This document shows, piece by piece, positions 62,966 through 64,000 of a stretch of DNA of 64,000 nt. Numbering within the stretch: the first letter of the stretch is position 1; each line of letters starts with the position of its first letter. The notes beneath the pieces are model-generated. The model was not told the DNA's origin. It made no database searches and saw only the letters and a program-made list of their open reading frames with translations. The stretch is from an uncultured Rivularia sp. (GTDB lineage Bacteria; Cyanobacteriota; Cyanobacteriia; Cyanobacteriales; Nostocaceae), in the NCBI GenBank assembly GCA_963665115.1, contig OY762007.1, forward strand, positions 4,768,001-4,832,000, in the 5' to 3' direction. Made by a program: the position numbers and the translations under genes.

Positions 62966-63337
62966 CTACTCGCTGTCTAAAAGCTGACGGCGCTTTTGTT
63001 CAAATTCGTATTCGGATATTAATCCATCTTGGCGTAAAGCATCTAATTCTCGTAAATCTTGAGCAAGCGTTTTTACTCCTGAAGCTTTGGAAGAAAAAGT
63101 TGATTTTCCTGACTTACCTGAATTGAAATTACGATCGAAAGTATCTTCGTCTTGAGCCAAATACCAAACTGCTTCAATCGCACAAGCTACTTTGGGTATT
63201 GGTGTCCAAGAAAGTAATACATAAAGTATTCCCCACAACGGCTGTCCCAAATAAAACTTGTGTAAGCCTGAGATTGTTACCGCACCAGACAAAGCTAAAA
63301 TTGCTGCAATACTTCGGCTTTTGTTTTTGGCAAGCAT
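62966..63337 (-). CDS. TM2/NINE domain protein with C-terminal SHOCT
   Basis: KSRSIAAILA..GLHKFYLG; L..L...GLISEYEFEQKRRQLL. Confidence 0.88.
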   Translation of the reverse strand: MLAKNKSRSIAAILALSGAVTISGLHKFYLGQPLWGILYVLLSWTPIPKVACAIEAVWYLAQDEDTFDRNFNSGKSGKSTFSSKASGVKTLAQDLRELDALRQDGLISEYEFEQKRRQLLDSE

Positions 63338-63848
63338 ATTCCTAATTTATCCACCTTTTTACCTGCATTGAACTACAGAGCCGCTTTTCGGTTACTTTAA
63401 AATATATAGCTATACTCACAAAACGTGCGAAAGTCATATTAGCAAAATATCCTGCTTCGCGTCAGAATTTTAAATTTTATTCGATTTGAGGAAGAATCAC
63501 TTACTGCTAAATTTACTGTAAATAAAAGTACTGCTATCACTAATTAGTTGTGGATAATACGCAATTTAAATAATATTAGTTTTAATCATATATAGTACGG
63601 TAACATATCAAAAATACATTTCTTTCTCTAATTAAATAGAACTGAACGCAAAAATAATTTTCTCAAATAGTTTGCTCGGTTCTATTTAAAGGTGTTTAAA
63701 TATTCTTTACAATTTAATAAAGAATCTAAGTAGAAAGTCACTACTATCGCTTCAGCTTGTTCCCTAGATTAGTTGCGTGGATTAAAATAAAAATAGCAGG
63801 TGAAGTAACAATATATTAAATCTCACTACTCATTTAAATACAAATAAT

Positions 63849-64000
63849 ATGGGATTCTTTGACTCCGACATAGTTCAGCAAGAAGCGAAAAAGCTATTTG
63901 AAGATTATCAAGCATTGATTCAGCTTGGTAATAGCTACGGAAAATTTGACCGTGAAGGTAAAAAACTTTTTATCAGCAAGATGGAAGCGATGATGGAGCG
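63849..64000 (+). CDS. DUF1825-like cyanobacterial protein, N-terminal part only
   Basis: MGFFDSDIVQQEAKKLFEDYQALIQLGNSYGKFDREGKKLFISKMEAMME, open to the window end. Confidence 0.8.
   Translation, partial: MGFFDSDIVQQEAKKLFEDYQALIQLGNSYGKFDREGKKLFISKMEAMME

Overview
AT-rich chromosomal segment of a filamentous cyanobacterium, probably Nostocales. Support: many HIP1 GCGATCGC sites, heptamer STRR arrays, small palindromic repeats, sasA and the cyanobacterial ctaBA/ctaCDE layout. From left to right: divergent response regulators; a GT4 gene followed by an unlisted 57-aa Cys-rich ORF; a SAM methyltransferase; a ~17 kb Wzy-dependent polysaccharide cluster; ilvN; a YyaL-like protein; clpP; two tandem CheB-CheR-PAS-kinase-REC hybrids; a ferredoxin-MBL protein; a small TA/defence-like islet; cytochrome aa3 oxidase genes; mutT; sasA; two Ser/Thr kinases flanking an FHA-FHA-ABC transporter; lepB; comEA-like and TM2/SHOCT genes. 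The polysaccharide cluster carries a PglF/PglE/PglC-like set, an unusual FemAB-like GNAT plus PhyH dioxygenase pair, a MurJ-type flippase and a secreted glycosidase-like protein. The islet holds an orphan HicB, an internally duplicated unknown protein and an AbiEii nucleotidyltransferase bracketed by REP-like palindromes. Six conserved genes carry single small indels, five of them at GGGAC or GGCC/GGNCC-type motifs, most likely sequencing artefacts. The best candidate for an undescribed system is the non-canonical AbiEii two-gene module at 41.9-43.5 kb, followed by the sugar-tailoring cassette and the CheBR kinases. All calls come from motif recognition by eye; no searches were run.
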